Shown piece by piece: positions 13,535 to 25,871 of a stretch of 64,000 nucleotides of DNA. Under the pieces are notes generated by a model, which saw only the letters and a list, made by a program, of their open reading frames with translations, was not told the origin of the DNA and did no database searches. The first letter of the stretch is position 1. Each line of letters starts with the position of its first letter. The position numbers and the translations under genes are program-made. This stretch comes from Octopus vulgaris (lineage: Eukaryota), in NCBI GenBank assembly GCA_951406725.2, contig OX597818.1, forward strand, positions 140,430,001 through 140,494,000, written 5' to 3'.

Positions 13535-14383
13535 TTCCAAATGCTATTTTTCCAAATCCGTAAATTTAATTCATTATCTAACTTACTTAAAATACGATCT
13601 AAAATATATTTGCTAATAATACCTATTTCAGTTTTGGCGGGATTAATCAATCTACATCTAGTGTTTCTATTAAAATTAGCTTTATGGTTTTTTAGGGTAA
13701 TAAAAGAGAAGATATTCTATCCTAGCGCTAATTTTAAGATTGTTAGCTATTTTTCTTGCCTCCAAATTCACCTCTTTGTATAAATTTGCGTTATCTTTTC
13801 TGTATGTATCTGTGATACTATTCAAAATAAGACGCGTGAAACCGTTCACATCTACCGCATAAAAGTTTTTTGTCTTACAGAGTTAACGAAGATCTTATTC
13901 GAGTTGTTAATTTTTTCCTTCATATCTCTCTGTAATTGGTTACTATACCTACGGAATCTAATTTTTCTAATGAGTTCGAAAAGGACTTTTTCGAAGGCTT
14001 CTAGTTCCGGAATAGGTGGTGGATTCCTGAAAGATTTAAGTCCGTATTTGTTTCAGTTAGTTTTCTGTTTAGTATCAAAGAAGAAGACTTTCCATCTCAA
14101 TCTTCGAATAAACTCTTCCGTTTTTTCTATAAGACTTTTGAGATATTGTTTCTGTGTAGAGACAGGTATATTTTTTAAGAGAAAAATCCAATGGGTAACG
14201 CTCCAGCCTTTTCAGCTTTCTCTTCTTCCTACTTGTGTAGAGTCGTGCAAACTTTCTAAAACAAGGAGCGGGTCACACTTGAGTAAGCACATAAATGTGA
14301 AACAAGGTGGGGAAAAAGAGTACTCAAATACCAGAGTTAGAGTAATATGCTTTATTTAAAAAGAGCAGAAATATAACAAAAGC
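13535..14383 (-). pseudogene. Penelope-like element remnant: terminal-repeat piece plus N-terminal/RT-start coding region
   Basis: SLKNIPVSTQKQYLKSLIEKTEEFIRRLRWKVFFF..ELEAFEKVL..ITLKNHKANFNRNTRCRLINPAKTEIGIISKYILD. Same family as 46330-47250. Stops and frameshifts present. An adjacent inverted piece carries an HHR. Confidence 0.7.
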
Positions 14384-14496
14384 TAGCATGCGTAAAAAAG
14401 TCAATAGACAAGGTATATTCATATATAATACTCAGACAGATTCACACACACACACACGAATACACATATACATCGTTATTTCTGTTCCATTATATC

Positions 14497-14543
14497 AAAA
14501 CTGTCCGATGAACGAGAACGTGAAACTCTGAGTAACGGCTTTT
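14497..14543 (+). ncRNA. Minimal type-I hammerhead ribozyme motif (U4C core variant)
   Basis: aaaactgt-CCGATGA-acg(agaa)cgt-GAAA-ctctgag-TA^acggctttt. Stem I ctgt/acgg, stem II 3 bp, stem III actc/gagt. Confidence 0.65.
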
Positions 14544-15136
14544 GTTATATTTTCATACTGGTGGCTAGCATGCTTAAAAGTCAATAGAAAACTTATTTTT
14601 ATATATAAGAGTCAGACAGATTCACTTACATACGCATACACATACACATGTATATGCATATATATACTTTTCTGTGTATATGTGTAATAGAGGATCTCAT
14701 TAAAGTGTAAAATTTAATTTTGACATTATAAAAAATATTTTGAAAAATAAGTTATAACAACCCGAAAACAACATAAGCAAGTTTCAGTTTTGATATCACT
14801 TTTCCTATAAACAAGAATGCTGAAGTAAGTAAACAACACCAAATCATTGTGATTCATTACATCATATTTTTGGCCCTACTATAATTGCAATCAATCAAAG
14901 ATTATTGAAAATGGCTATTAAACTTCTACAAATCATTAGATGCTTAATTATAAACATCTCATTTAAAAGAGGATATATATTATAAATTTTCAAAGTTGTG
15001 ATTAAATCCATTCGACGCCAAATCTTTAAAAAATATAACAATTCAAATTTCGTAGTTCTTTTTTCATTTCTTGTTTGGTGTATTTTTGTATAGCGCTGTT
15101 TTGTGTTTAGTGTTATACTTGCTATATTCAACATTG

Positions 15137-15244
<108 letters not shown>

Positions 15245-15348
15245 TATATTTATATACATACATATATATAGTGTTTGTGTGTGTGTGTGAGTGTGTGTGT
15301 GTATGTATGCATGCGTGTATATATATTTTCATATGTGTACATGTATTA

Positions 15349-15387
<39 letters not shown>

Positions 15388-15863
15388 TTATATTATATGA
15401 TTGAACGCCACATGTCCTCTTCCAAGTAAGTTTTGTCTTAATAATTCTGATGCGCACTCTACTATCTTTCTACTCTTTCCTTTTTCTTTTACCTCTTCTT
15501 CTCCCATTATTGGATCCTATTACTCTTTCCTTTTTTTCTCTCTTCCTTTCTCCCCTTCTCCCCCTCCTCTTAATTTTCCCTGTTCTGTTTGTGTTACCAA
15601 TTTTGACCCTCCGCTAAAATCCCAAATTTTATTTAATTTGCTTTGCAGAAGCAACTGCTGGAGGAAGCGTATCGTGTTGTTAACTGCTCAAAATACGAGA
15701 GTAGAAAAACATCCAGCAACTGATGACGGTCGTTTTTTAATGTCGGTTGTTTGTTTTCCATCTGTGCCTTTTGATATTCGAAAAACATAGTTCATATTCC
15801 ATGTACTCATTCATACTTCGTATTTTTTGTTGTACATGTTTCGTGACGTCCTGTGCCAACATA

Positions 15864-15924
<61 letters not shown>

Positions 15925-15931
<7 letters not shown>

Positions 15932-16546
15932 AAAAATGGTAAATAATTTCCTGGTTTATCATAACCAACAATTATATATATTATATATATATATAGTAAA
16001 GAAAAATAAGAAGGTTATAATTTCTATAAGTGGAGAATCCAAAAACGAAGGCCCTATATATGAATTCAATCACTTACCGTTAATATGGACATATGTTTCT
16101 GGATCGCAAACGTGGAAATCAGTTTGAATTTGTCATCGGCGCTATATTCGATAGCTTTACTAAATGCCACTAGCCCTCACTTCTGAACCAGCGACATCAG
16201 ATAGTGGGGAGAGTGCAGATGTTAAATAAGGGCGACTGGGAACGTAAATTTTCCTCCAAAATTCTGCCATGCGCGCTTCTGCAATCGTAATGGAATCGAA
16301 GAATCCACATGGTAATTCAATAAAAATGGTAAATAATTTTCCTGTGGTTTATCATAACCAACAATTATTTACCGGTAAATTTCGGTATAAATACGACAAA
16401 TTAATTGTCAAGACCTTGTAAGGTTCAGTATATAGTAAAGAAAAATAAGAAGGTTAACAGCAGGCTGTTTCACCATACCGAAGGAATTAGAAATGGCAGT
16501 CAAAGACCGTTTTTCCAATTTCTATAAGTGGAGAATCCAAAAACGA
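15925..16546 (-). repeat. Inverted, deletion-riddled copy of the 548-bp unit (HHR motif at about 16085-16146)
   Basis: Reverse complement of the 16546-17827 unit, with many 1-3 nt deletions and several large gaps. Confidence 0.9.
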
Positions 16547-17027
16547 ACGGTAAGTGATTGAATTCGTATATTTGCCACTCCGGTTTTGTGTATGTGAGCC
16601 GTAAGGGCCTTCGTTTTTGGATTCCCCACTTATAGAAATTGGAAAAACGGTCTTTGACTGCCATTTCTAATTCCTTCGGTATGAGGTGAAACAGCCTGCT
16701 GTTAACCTTCTTATTTTTTCTTTACTATATACTGAACCTTACAAAGGTCTTGACAATTAATTTGTCGTATTTACATACCGAAATTTACCGGTAAATAATT
16801 GTTGGTTACATGATAAACCGCAGGAAAATTATTTACCATTTTTATTGAATTACCATGTGGATTCCTCATTCCATTACGATTACCCAGAAAGCGCGCATGG
16901 CAGAATTTTGGAGGAAAATTTACGTTCCCAGTCGCCACTTAGTTTTAACATCTGCACTCTTCCCCCCACTATCTGAAGTCGCTGGGTCAGAAGTGAGGGC
17001 TAGTGGCATTTAGTAAAGCTATCGAAT

Positions 17028-17092
17028 ATAGCGCCGATGACGGAATTCAAACTGATTTCCACGTTTGCGATCCAGAAACATATGTCCGCTAT
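17028..17092 (+). ncRNA. Type-I hammerhead motif, unit 1
   Basis: atagcg-CCGATGA-c.gga..caaac(loop)gtttg..tcc.a-GAAA-catatg-TC^cgctat. Stem I is 6 bp and stem III is the palindrome ACATATGT. Predicted cut after 17086. Confidence 0.75.
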
Positions 17093-17575
17093 TAACGGTA
17101 AGTGATTGAATTCGTATATTTGCCACTCCGGTTTTGTGTATGTGAGCCGTAAGGGCCTTCGTTTTTGGATTCTCCACTTATAGAAATTGGAAAAACGGTC
17201 TTTGACTGCCATTTCTAATTCCTTCGGTATGAGGTGAAACAGCCTGCTGTTAACCTTCTTATTTTTTCTTTACTACATACTGAACCTTACAAAGGTCTTG
17301 ACAATTAATTTGTCGTATTTACATACCGAAATTTACCGGTAAATAATTGTTGGTTACATGATAAACCGCAGGAAAATTATTTACCATTTTTATTGAATTA
17401 CCATGTGGATTCCTCATTCCATTACGATTACCCAGAAAGCGCGCATGGCAGAATTTTGGAGGAAAATTTACGTTCCCAGTCGCGACTTAGTTTTAACATC
17501 TGCACTCTTCCCCCCACTATCTGATGTCGCTGGGTCAGAAGTGAGGGCTAGTGGCATTTAGTAAAGCTATCGAAT

Positions 17576-17640
17576 ATAGCGCCGATGACGGAATTCAAAC
17601 TGATTTCCACGTTTGCGATCCAGAAACATATGTCCGCTAT
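17576..17640 (+). ncRNA. Type-I hammerhead motif, unit 2 (identical to unit 1)
   Basis: Same sequence, 548 bp downstream. Confidence 0.75.
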
Positions 17641-17819
17641 TAACGGTAAGTGATTGAATTCGTATATTTGCCACTCCGGTTTTGTGTATGTGAGCCGTAA
17701 GGGCCTTCGTTTTTGGATTCTCCACTTATAGAAATTGGAAAAACGGTCTTTGACTGCCATTTCTAATTCCTTCGGTATGAGGTGAAACAGCCTGCTGTTA
17801 ACCTTCTTATTTTTTTCTT

Positions 17820-17857
<38 letters not shown>

Positions 17858-17862
17858 TATAG

Positions 17863-17910
<48 letters not shown>

Positions 17911-18276
17911 TCATGCATATACACGTGTATATATATAATTATATAAAGAGATTGATATGTCTGTTAGGTTTGTGAGTGTGTGTGTTACGGAGTTAGTGGT
18001 ACTGTGCACACTGAGTGTGATTTGCATGGATAACAAACCGTTCCTTCTTGCGTCGAAGAGCTTGGAATCCCCTTCGTTGTTAGTTCATTTTTGAATGCTT
18101 GATTCAGAAAATGCCATAAAATTCATGTAAATTTTTCGGCTTAGAATTAATATAAAAGAACGTTTTACCCAAGCAAACTGGATTTTGCCCTTTGCCTCTC
18201 CAATTCCTATCATTATTTGCCGCAAAGGCCTAGTGAAATACTCAGTTGCTTACGTACTCCCGCCTTAAATGCGTAC

Positions 18277-18787
18277 GACTGACAAGCGAGACAAGCTCAC
18301 AACCTACAGCAAGCGATTCAGATGATGTGACTCCTTATTGCTTGCTGTAGGTCGAGAGCATGTCTCCCTTGTCAGTCATTAGAAAACTGCTCTCACGTGG
18401 CTAAGATTTGTTTTGACTATTATTCCTAGCAATACTAGTGCAAAGTAGCATGCTCCGTCACTCTAGTGACGATTATACTTGTTAACTGAAGGTTGTGAAC
18501 TAAGAATAGCTAGCTTGATTGTTTGCAATTCTCAGTTCACGATTTTCGAAACCAGTCAATGTTTTTATCGTGTTCTCTATAAGGCTGAAAGGGTGAGTTA
18601 TGTTCTTTAACCCTCGTCAACGGAGCAATGGGTCACTGATTAAGATTAATAAAATCTGTGATTAGTGCTGATATGGTTCCATCTCGCCTGCCGTAAGAAG
18701 GGAGCTTGGCTCCCCTGTCAGTCGCAAGGAAAGTGCTCTCACTTCGCTAAGGGTTGTTTCCACTCTTATTTCTAGCAATGCTCTGCA
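18277..18787 (+). mobile_element. Diverged ~346-bp tandem unit (about 1.3 copies) with a short inverted 5' piece and a degenerate HHR-like motif
   Basis: 18338-18442 resembles 18684-18787 (gtcagtc at 18371 and 18717). 18277-18317 is an inversion of 18338-18377. ctgaagg-long stem-ttttc-GAAA-ccag-TC lies at 18486-18557. Confidence 0.55.
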
Positions 18788-19053
18788 GACTGAAACAAAA
18801 TCTTAGCAGACTGGAAAAAAAAAAGATTAACAACTTTAATCAATGTTCGAACCATATTGAGGTCTCATCAGAGGCGTCTACATCATTCTGACAGTCTCCA
18901 CACAAACAAGCAGCCAAACTGTTTATATACTCAACAAATGCAGCAGTTATTCTATGAAGGAGTATACCGAAAATGTTTAACACTATAAATACCAGCGGTC
19001 TGCCAACAGGGATCTTAGCCCACACAGTATCAAGGCATGATATAATAAATATG

Positions 19054-19111
<58 letters not shown>

Positions 19112-19338
19112 AAAGCAATGTAACTATACATGTTGTTGGCGATTTCTTTTCCTTCTTTGTACTTTTTCCTTTCTCCTTTCCGACGAAGGGAGAACATTCT
19201 CTTTTCACTAAGCGTCAAGCTAATGCGTTTCTTTTGCACGTCCTCCTTTTTTTATCCGTTAATTCTATTCGTTTATTTGAATATAAAATACGTACATAAA
19301 TACATGAATAAATATACGTTCACTTCGATATGCATGTA

Positions 19339-19372
<34 letters not shown>

Positions 19373-19413
19373 GTATAAATATTATATATCTTTCTTTTTC
19401 TTTCTTTTTTTTT

Positions 19414-19798
19414 TTTACTTGTTTCAGTCATTTGACTGTGGCCATGCTGGAGCACCACCTTTAGTCGAGCAAATCGACCCCGGGACTTATTCTTTGTAAG
19501 CCCAGTATTTATTCTATCGGTCTCTTTTGCCGAACCGCTAAGTGACGGGAACGTAAACACACCAGCATCGGTTGCCAAGCAATGCTAGGGGGACAAACAC
19601 AGACACACACACATACATATATATATACATATATGCGACAGGCTTCTTTCAGTTTCCGTCTACCAAATCCACTCACAAGGCATTGGTCGGCCCAGGGCTA
19701 TAGCAGAAGACACTTGCCCAAGATGCCACGCAGTGGGACTGAACCCGGAACCATGTGGTTGGTTAGCAAGCTACTTACCACACAGCCACTCCTGCGCC
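19414..19798 (-). mobile_element. SINE family A, full length, young
   Basis: Near-identical reverse complement of 29748-30176. Confidence 0.93.
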
Positions 19799-20137
19799 TA
19801 TATATATCCATATGTATACATACAATATATCTTTATAACGTATATTCCAATATAATATATTTATATTATACTACAATAATGAATATATATTTTTATATAT
19901 GATGTGAATTTCAGGGGGTTTTGTCCTTTCTGAAGAGAACAAGTAATATATGTTCGAGATTAATGTAATTTTAGTATACTATTACCCTACATTGAATAAG
20001 CTGACCAGCAAACCTTTTGCTATTTCGGATTGAATGAGATGGCTGCAAAGCCACTTTGAATATTATAGGCTAAACATTGCTAGCCACCGCTAACTACTTT
20101 GCAAGACACAGTTGGGACGTTAAACTAGGCAAAAATA

Positions 20138-20722
20138 CTACAGGGTGTTATAAAATGTTCCAGAATACTTATGAATTAGCTTTTACGAGCCAGTTATCTG
20201 TTGTTCGCTGGTACAATAGCCAAGATACACCGGAGCGCTCATAATGATCTCCTTTATTGGCAGCACAAGTATAATCTACATCTACTAGGTACGCTGACCA
20301 GAAGTTGAACAAAGTTTAATTTGTGGAGACTTTGAGGGTGTTCAAGAAGCAATTTCGTGTCGCAAAATGCCTGGGCAACAGCACCAAGACAATGCAGCAG
20401 TCCACGATTCTATCCTGACTACGAAGGAGTTTAGAAGAAACAGACATCAGAACTTTCCTGCACTTTCCTTCACTTCAGGCCTTGCTCCTTGTCATTTTGG
20501 TTGTTCCTCAAGCTGAAAGAAATAATGATGGAGGCTGTGGCAAGGGCCTTCGATATCCTATTTCACAGAGCTTCCAGGGGGCCTTGATGAAGTAGCTTTA
20601 GAGCTACAAAATTGCATTGAATTAAGAAGATCCTACTTTGAAGGAGATATAATTTTGTACCTCTTTACAATTAATGAATGTCTCTCCTGCAAGTGTCTAA
20701 ATACTTCTGGAATGCACCTGGC
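20138..20722 (+). pseudogene. Internally deleted mariner remnant
   Basis: HQDNAAVH, ..LAPC..LFLKLKE and CIELRRSYFEG match the mariner transposase C-terminus (HDNAxxH; YSPDLAPxDFxLFxxLK; G.YFE). TIR-like ends ttccagaa.tactt / aatacttctggaa. Confidence 0.7.
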
Positions 20723-21582
20723 AAATACATATTTATACATGTGTGTGTGGCTGTGTTCGTGCGGGTTGGTATTGGATTTAATACATACATTGCTTCATAG
20801 ATAATGGTATGATATTTAGTTCTTCCTTCGTGAGTGGATGTAACGTTATTAGGCAACATGGAATTTAGTTGATATAGTAACTCTCATTCATCACTGAGTG
20901 TTGCAATTTCTCGTTCTTCACATGCTTTATCCTGTTGTTCTTTCTTCCTGCTTCTCCACACGTATATATTTTGTCATGCACTTTTTCAGTATTTAGTTTT
21001 ACATACATTCAATTATACATACATAATTTACATCTGCAAACACACATACACATATACATACATACAAACATATATAAATGCATACATAATTTACATACAT
21101 ATACACATATTAATGCATACGTACAAACATACATATATACATACATACGTACGTACGCATGTATATATGTTTGTACGTGTGTAAACATGCATACAAACAT
21201 ACATACGTACATAGCCGATACAATTTTTCTGAGAACACCTGTCTGAAATAATTAGCTCATTAAATACAAAATCTTGTATTTTGTGCACCATCAGCTTTTA
21301 CGTATTATTCTCTCATTTTAACTAATTTTCTTCGTCTCTTAATTCCTTGTTCTTCTCAATAATTCTAGCGTCTCTGCAAGATATTTTTTTTATATATATA
21401 TATTTTAAAAAATTCATATTTTCTTATTTTACAAGCAAATATTGAATTAATTTAACATAATTCCTGGCATTTTTTAATGGTGTCCTGAACAAATATTAAT
21501 GTTTGTTTTATTCATTCTTTATATTTACTTGTCTGTTTTATACTTTTTATAATAATTGCATTATGTGCAACATTAATGACAT

Positions 21583-21680
21583 TAATAATAATAATTTCCA
21601 AAACAATAGAAATAATAACAATAACAACAATAGTAATAATAATAATAAAAATAATAATAATTATAATAAAAATAATAATG

Positions 21681-21759
<79 letters not shown>

Positions 21760-21812
21760 TAACAATAATAATAAGAGCAATAATGAGAATCTTAGTTATA
21801 AATTTTAATAAT
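21583..21812. repeat. (AAT)n microsatellite
   Basis: Direct reading. Confidence 0.95.
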
Positions 21813-22184
21813 AGTAAATCATTAATATTTGTTGTTATGGAATATGTGTAATAGGATTGAATAGTTATATTTAAGTAGATTATTTTTGTTTATGATTTAC
21901 TTTTTATAAATTCACATAAGCATATTCATCATCATCGTCGTTATTGTTTGTTCCTTTTCTGCTATGATGATTATTATCATTATTGTGATTATTTTGATCA
22001 TAAGCAATTTCGTCGTCATGGTCGTCTTCGTTTTTCCCCCCAATGCCCATTCATTGTTATCGTCGTCATCATCATGAACTTCGTTATTGCCATAAAAATA
22101 TTCCCATCGTCGTGATTATTATGATGATTTTTGATATTCTTCGTCCCCCCCCCTTTTTTTTTAACCATTACAATCACTAAGACC

Positions 22185-22480
22185 GCCATTCGTACCGCTG
22201 CTGCCGCCGCCACAACCATCGCCTCCGCTGCCGCCTCCACCGCCGCTGCCGTCGCCACCGCCGTTACCGCTGCCACCACCGCTGCAGCTGTCGATGCAGC
22301 TACCGTTGCAGCCGCCACCACTACCGTCGCTGCCGTCGACGCCGCCGCGAGCCCCACCAGCTCCACCACGAACAGCAACACTACCACACCACCGCTACCG
22401 AGACTGTTGGCGCAAACATTAACAACATCCTCCCCATTTCTTGCATCGCCACTACAACCAACGTCTTCCTCATCCCCACC
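22185..22480. repeat. Degenerate GC-rich trinucleotide tract (GCC/ACC/GCT)
   Basis: Direct reading. It generates the poly-Ala/Thr ORFs on both strands. Confidence 0.85.
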
Positions 22481-22689
22481 ATCGTCATGCAAATACAAGA
22501 TGCCAGTCTTACTTACACACACTCACGACTGCGACCAGCATTAGCAATGTAGCTGTAATTTCAGCGAACAGCTGCCAGAATAATCTCAACAGTAACAGCC
22601 CATCATAAACTAACATTATAAAGGACTGCAGAAAGAACTAAGAAATATAGCTACAATGAGTTGATATTATAAAAAGCCGTCTAAAATGC

Positions 22690-23125
22690 CATTATGAATG
22701 GCCTTCATAATTAAACATCATAAATATATATTACCACCAATACCTATAATAGTTATTATGAGTATCATGAATTACTATCATAGATATCATAAATGGTTAT
22801 GTTATATAACAATCATAAATAGCTATGATAATTAACAAAGTATACCTGGTTATCATAAAAGTCATCGTAAATGATCATCATAAATAAACAATAATTGACC
22901 TTCATAGATATTAATCATAAATGGGCATCATAAACGGTGATAATAAATGGCAATTACAAATAGCCATTCTAAATCTCTAAGATTAATATCTATCATAAAT
23001 GGATCTCATAAAGACCCATCGTAATTAGCCTTCATAATGGAGGGATATTTCCGTTATCATAATTGACTATCATAGATGACTGTCATAACGTCTATCATAA
23101 ATAGCCTTCATAAATAGGTATCATG
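22690..23125. repeat. Degenerate ~14-bp minisatellite (consensus about ATCATAAATGGCC/T)
   Basis: tcataaat/tcatagat/tcgtaaat recurs at roughly 14-nt spacing. Confidence 0.65.
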
Positions 23126-24240
23126 TAAATGACGTGGATAGACATTTTATGTTATTCTAAGATGTTTTGTTGAATGTTTGAATACGAGTGTAAGCTTTTC
23201 TTTGGAAACAGATAATTTAAACTCCAAGCTATTGCAATCTCTGGTGTTCATATTAGCTGAAGCTGGTGATAAACTTAACGCCATGTAATGGCACTCAATC
23301 GTGGAAGATGCACAGCTGTGATCATCACGTTTTAGTGTTGAGATATTTTAAGATATTCCATTTACGTTTGTATATCATTACACATATTTTCCTTATAGAG
23401 AAAGATGAGTCATAGGTATATAAATCTCTTCCAGTAGCTTGTTTTCTGCATAGTTGCAATCTTCCAGATATAGTATCGCACTTTGACTGGTGGGAACCAT
23501 AGTTGCAGACAATATAGACTAACCCATTCTCTTGTTCAGATGTTGTAAATGACCTAGATATACATTCAGTAAGTTATTTGCACGTTGTCACAACTATCGT
23601 AATACAACTGTTATGGGGATAATAGTAATAATGGAACACTCCTCCCACGGGACGAGTGGTATGTGTTCCTAGTTATAAAACCTGTCAGTCAGTGTCAGTG
23701 GTAGTAGAGAGCACGAACTAGACGATAATCGTGGTCTTGTCTAACTAACTACACTGCTAAACCAGAGTAGGCAATATAACAGTCTGACAAAGGATTACAA
23801 CAGTGGCAACGATGAATTAACAAACTCACAAGGGGTTACGAAACTCACAATTTTTTGTGCGAATTTTATGTTATACTAAATCGTAAATTTATTGAAACAT
23901 TGTTGACCGATTTGTTCGAGTCGCATAAACAGCAAGAACAATAACTGAAAGTACATCAACAGCAGCAGTTGCAAGAACAACAGCAGAAGCAACAACAACA
24001 ATTGTTTGTGACATATCCGTCACAGATTTGGTCGCGAAGTCGAAGAGTGCCATATCAAAATGTGACTGGTTGTGCACAAGCCCACGAAATAGGTCATCCA
24101 TTTCGGAAGAAATAACATACAAAATTCAAATCTTATCCGGCTGTTTTAACATGGATGTATTGTGCAGTGTGGATCTGGATTCCCTGTACATAGGAACAAG
24201 TGCAGATTGTAACGTTTGGAATATAATTGTCATAAATAAT

Positions 24241-24591
24241 TGGAAGCACTCCGTCGGGTACGACGACGAGGGTTCCGGTTGATCCGAATCAACGGAACAG
24301 CCTGCTCGTGAACTTAACGTGTAAGTGGCTGAGCACTCCACAGACACGTGTACCCTTAACGTAGTTCTCGAGGATATTCAGCGTGACACAGAGAGTGACA
24401 AGGCCGGCCTTTTGATATACAGGTACAACAGAAACAGGAAGTAAGAGTGAGAGAAAGTTGTGGTGAAAGAGTAGAGCAGGGATCACCACCATCCCATGCC
24501 GGAGTCTCGTGGAGCTTTAGGTGTTTTCGCTCAACAAACACTCACAACGCCCGGTCTGGGAATCGAAACCGCGATCCTACGACCGCGAGTC
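24241..24591 (-). mobile_element. SINE family B (tail type 1), slightly 5'-truncated
   Basis: Reverse complement of 41374-41724. Confidence 0.92.
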
Positions 24592-24594
24592 ATA

Positions 24595-24995
24595 GGTAAG
24601 ACGGAGAGTTCGAACAACGTTATTGCGTCAAGCAAAATACTTAGCGGCATTTCGGGCGTCTCTATGTTCAAATTCATCGACTTTGCCTTTCACTCTGTCG
24701 TGGTCGATAAAATAAATACAAGTTAAGTACTGAGGTCGATGTAATCGGCTTACTCGCTCCCACGAAATTAATGTCTTTGAAGCAAAAATTTGAAACTAAT
24801 AGCATTATCATCGGTAAGGCAACGAGGTGGCGGGATCGTTTGCACGCCGTGCTGAGTTCAAATTCCGCCGAGGTCCACTTTGCCTTTCATTCCTAGGGGG
24901 TTGATAAAATAAGTATCAGTTAAACACTGGGGTTGTTGTAATCGACTTACGCCTCCCCGAAATTGCTAACCTTGTGCCAAAATTTGAAACCAGTA
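24595..24995 (+). mobile_element. Two tandem diverged SINE family C copies (about 24595-24800 and 24815-24995)
   Basis: ttcaaattc..gactttgcctttca..gtcgataaaataa..gtaatcg core appears twice and matches 25231-25461. Confidence 0.75.
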
Positions 24996-25230
24996 TTATC
25001 GGTCTATTGGATGAGTGCTGCCAACTGGGATGAAACGACATAAAAAGCAGCTAGTTCAATTCCTAATCCTAATACTCTAGGATACTCTAATATTTTCGGG
25101 TGGAGATAAGTTGTATTGAGTCTCACTTAGAAAATCAGCTTCCTCTAACGATGGATGTTCCAAACATTTCTAATGTGTAGCCTGGTTAAATGTTTTAGAA
25201 CAGATCTCTTTTTTTCTTTAATCTATATCT

Positions 25231-25461
25231 ATTTCTTTACTACCCACAAGGGACTAAACACAGAGGGGACAAACAAGAACAGACAAAGAGATTAAGTCGA
25301 TTACATCGACTCCAGTGCGTAACTGGTACTTAATTTATCGACCCCGAAAGGATGAAAGGCAAAGTCGACCTCGGTGGAATCTGAACTCAGAACGTAACGG
25401 CAGACGAAATACGGCTACGCATTTCGCCCGGCGTGCTAACGTTTCTGCCAGCTCGCCGCCA
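25231..25461 (-). mobile_element. SINE family C (Meta-domain-like core), full length with a 16-bp TSD
   Basis: Head ggcggcgagctggcagaa..gagttc. Core cgaggtcgactttgcctttcatcctttcggggtcgataa. TSD tctttaatctatatct at 25215-25230 and 25462-25477. Confidence 0.92.
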
Positions 25462-25756
25462 TCTTTAATCTATATCTTCTCATAAGTTTCGAAAAAGTTT
25501 TTCATATAAATACTCACAAGTTATATATTTTAACTTTCTGCCTGCAGAAGTTTTGAGGCAGCCTGGTTTTAAAGCAACTTCCGCTGTACGTTTTTGTAAT
25601 GAATGTTCTACTATTTATGTATTAAAATCCAATTTATGCAGATACCTACATTCCTCCAAACACACATACATACGTCTGTGTGTGTGTTTGTTTGTTTGTG
25701 CATGTGTGCTTGTGTATATGTGTATCATCGCATGCGTACGTGTGTACCTATCTACA

Positions 25757-25799
<43 letters not shown>

Positions 25800-25834
25800 T
25801 ATATACTGTATATAGGTGCATGCACACACATATT

Positions 25835-25871
<37 letters not shown>

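Larger units (their letters stand above)
16546..17827 (+). repeat. Tandem array of about 2.3 near-identical 548-bp units, each full unit carrying a hammerhead motif (retrozyme-like)
   Basis: Units start at 16546, 17094 and 17642. Identical ORFs at 17000 and 17548 confirm the 548 period. The array ends in (TA)n. Confidence 0.92.

Noticed and set aside
14050-14056. In-frame TGA in the PLE remnant as selenocysteine
   Set aside because: It lies in a variable, non-Cys-like position of a copy that also has frameshifts, and no SECIS was identified.
16964-17006. Second HHR-like motif in the 548 unit (CTGAAGT/CTGATGT..GAAG..TA)
   Set aside because: Two core mismatches and no credible stem II or III.
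17000-17760. Duplicated 70-aa ORF MAVKDRFSNF...
   Set aside because: It is identical only because it lies in the 548-bp repeat. It is antisense to the HHR, has no recognisable domain, and is broken in the inverted copy.
16546-17827. CRISPR-like array
   Set aside because: Whole units are repeated with no unique spacers, the context is eukaryotic, and there are no cas genes.
18277-18377. Pre-miRNA-like hairpin
   Set aside because: Better explained as an inversion of the adjacent 346-bp repeat unit. No small-RNA evidence is available.
18835-18876. Minus-strand CTGATGA-gacc..ggtt-cgaa motif (similar weak cases at 32520-32556, 35557-35566, 44771-44822)
   Set aside because: GAAA, stem I or the CUGA strand is missing. 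Too degenerate to call without a family consensus.
22016-22544. Poly-Ala/Thr ORFs on both strands
   Set aside because: Degenerate trinucleotide repeat with no convincing splice context or domain.
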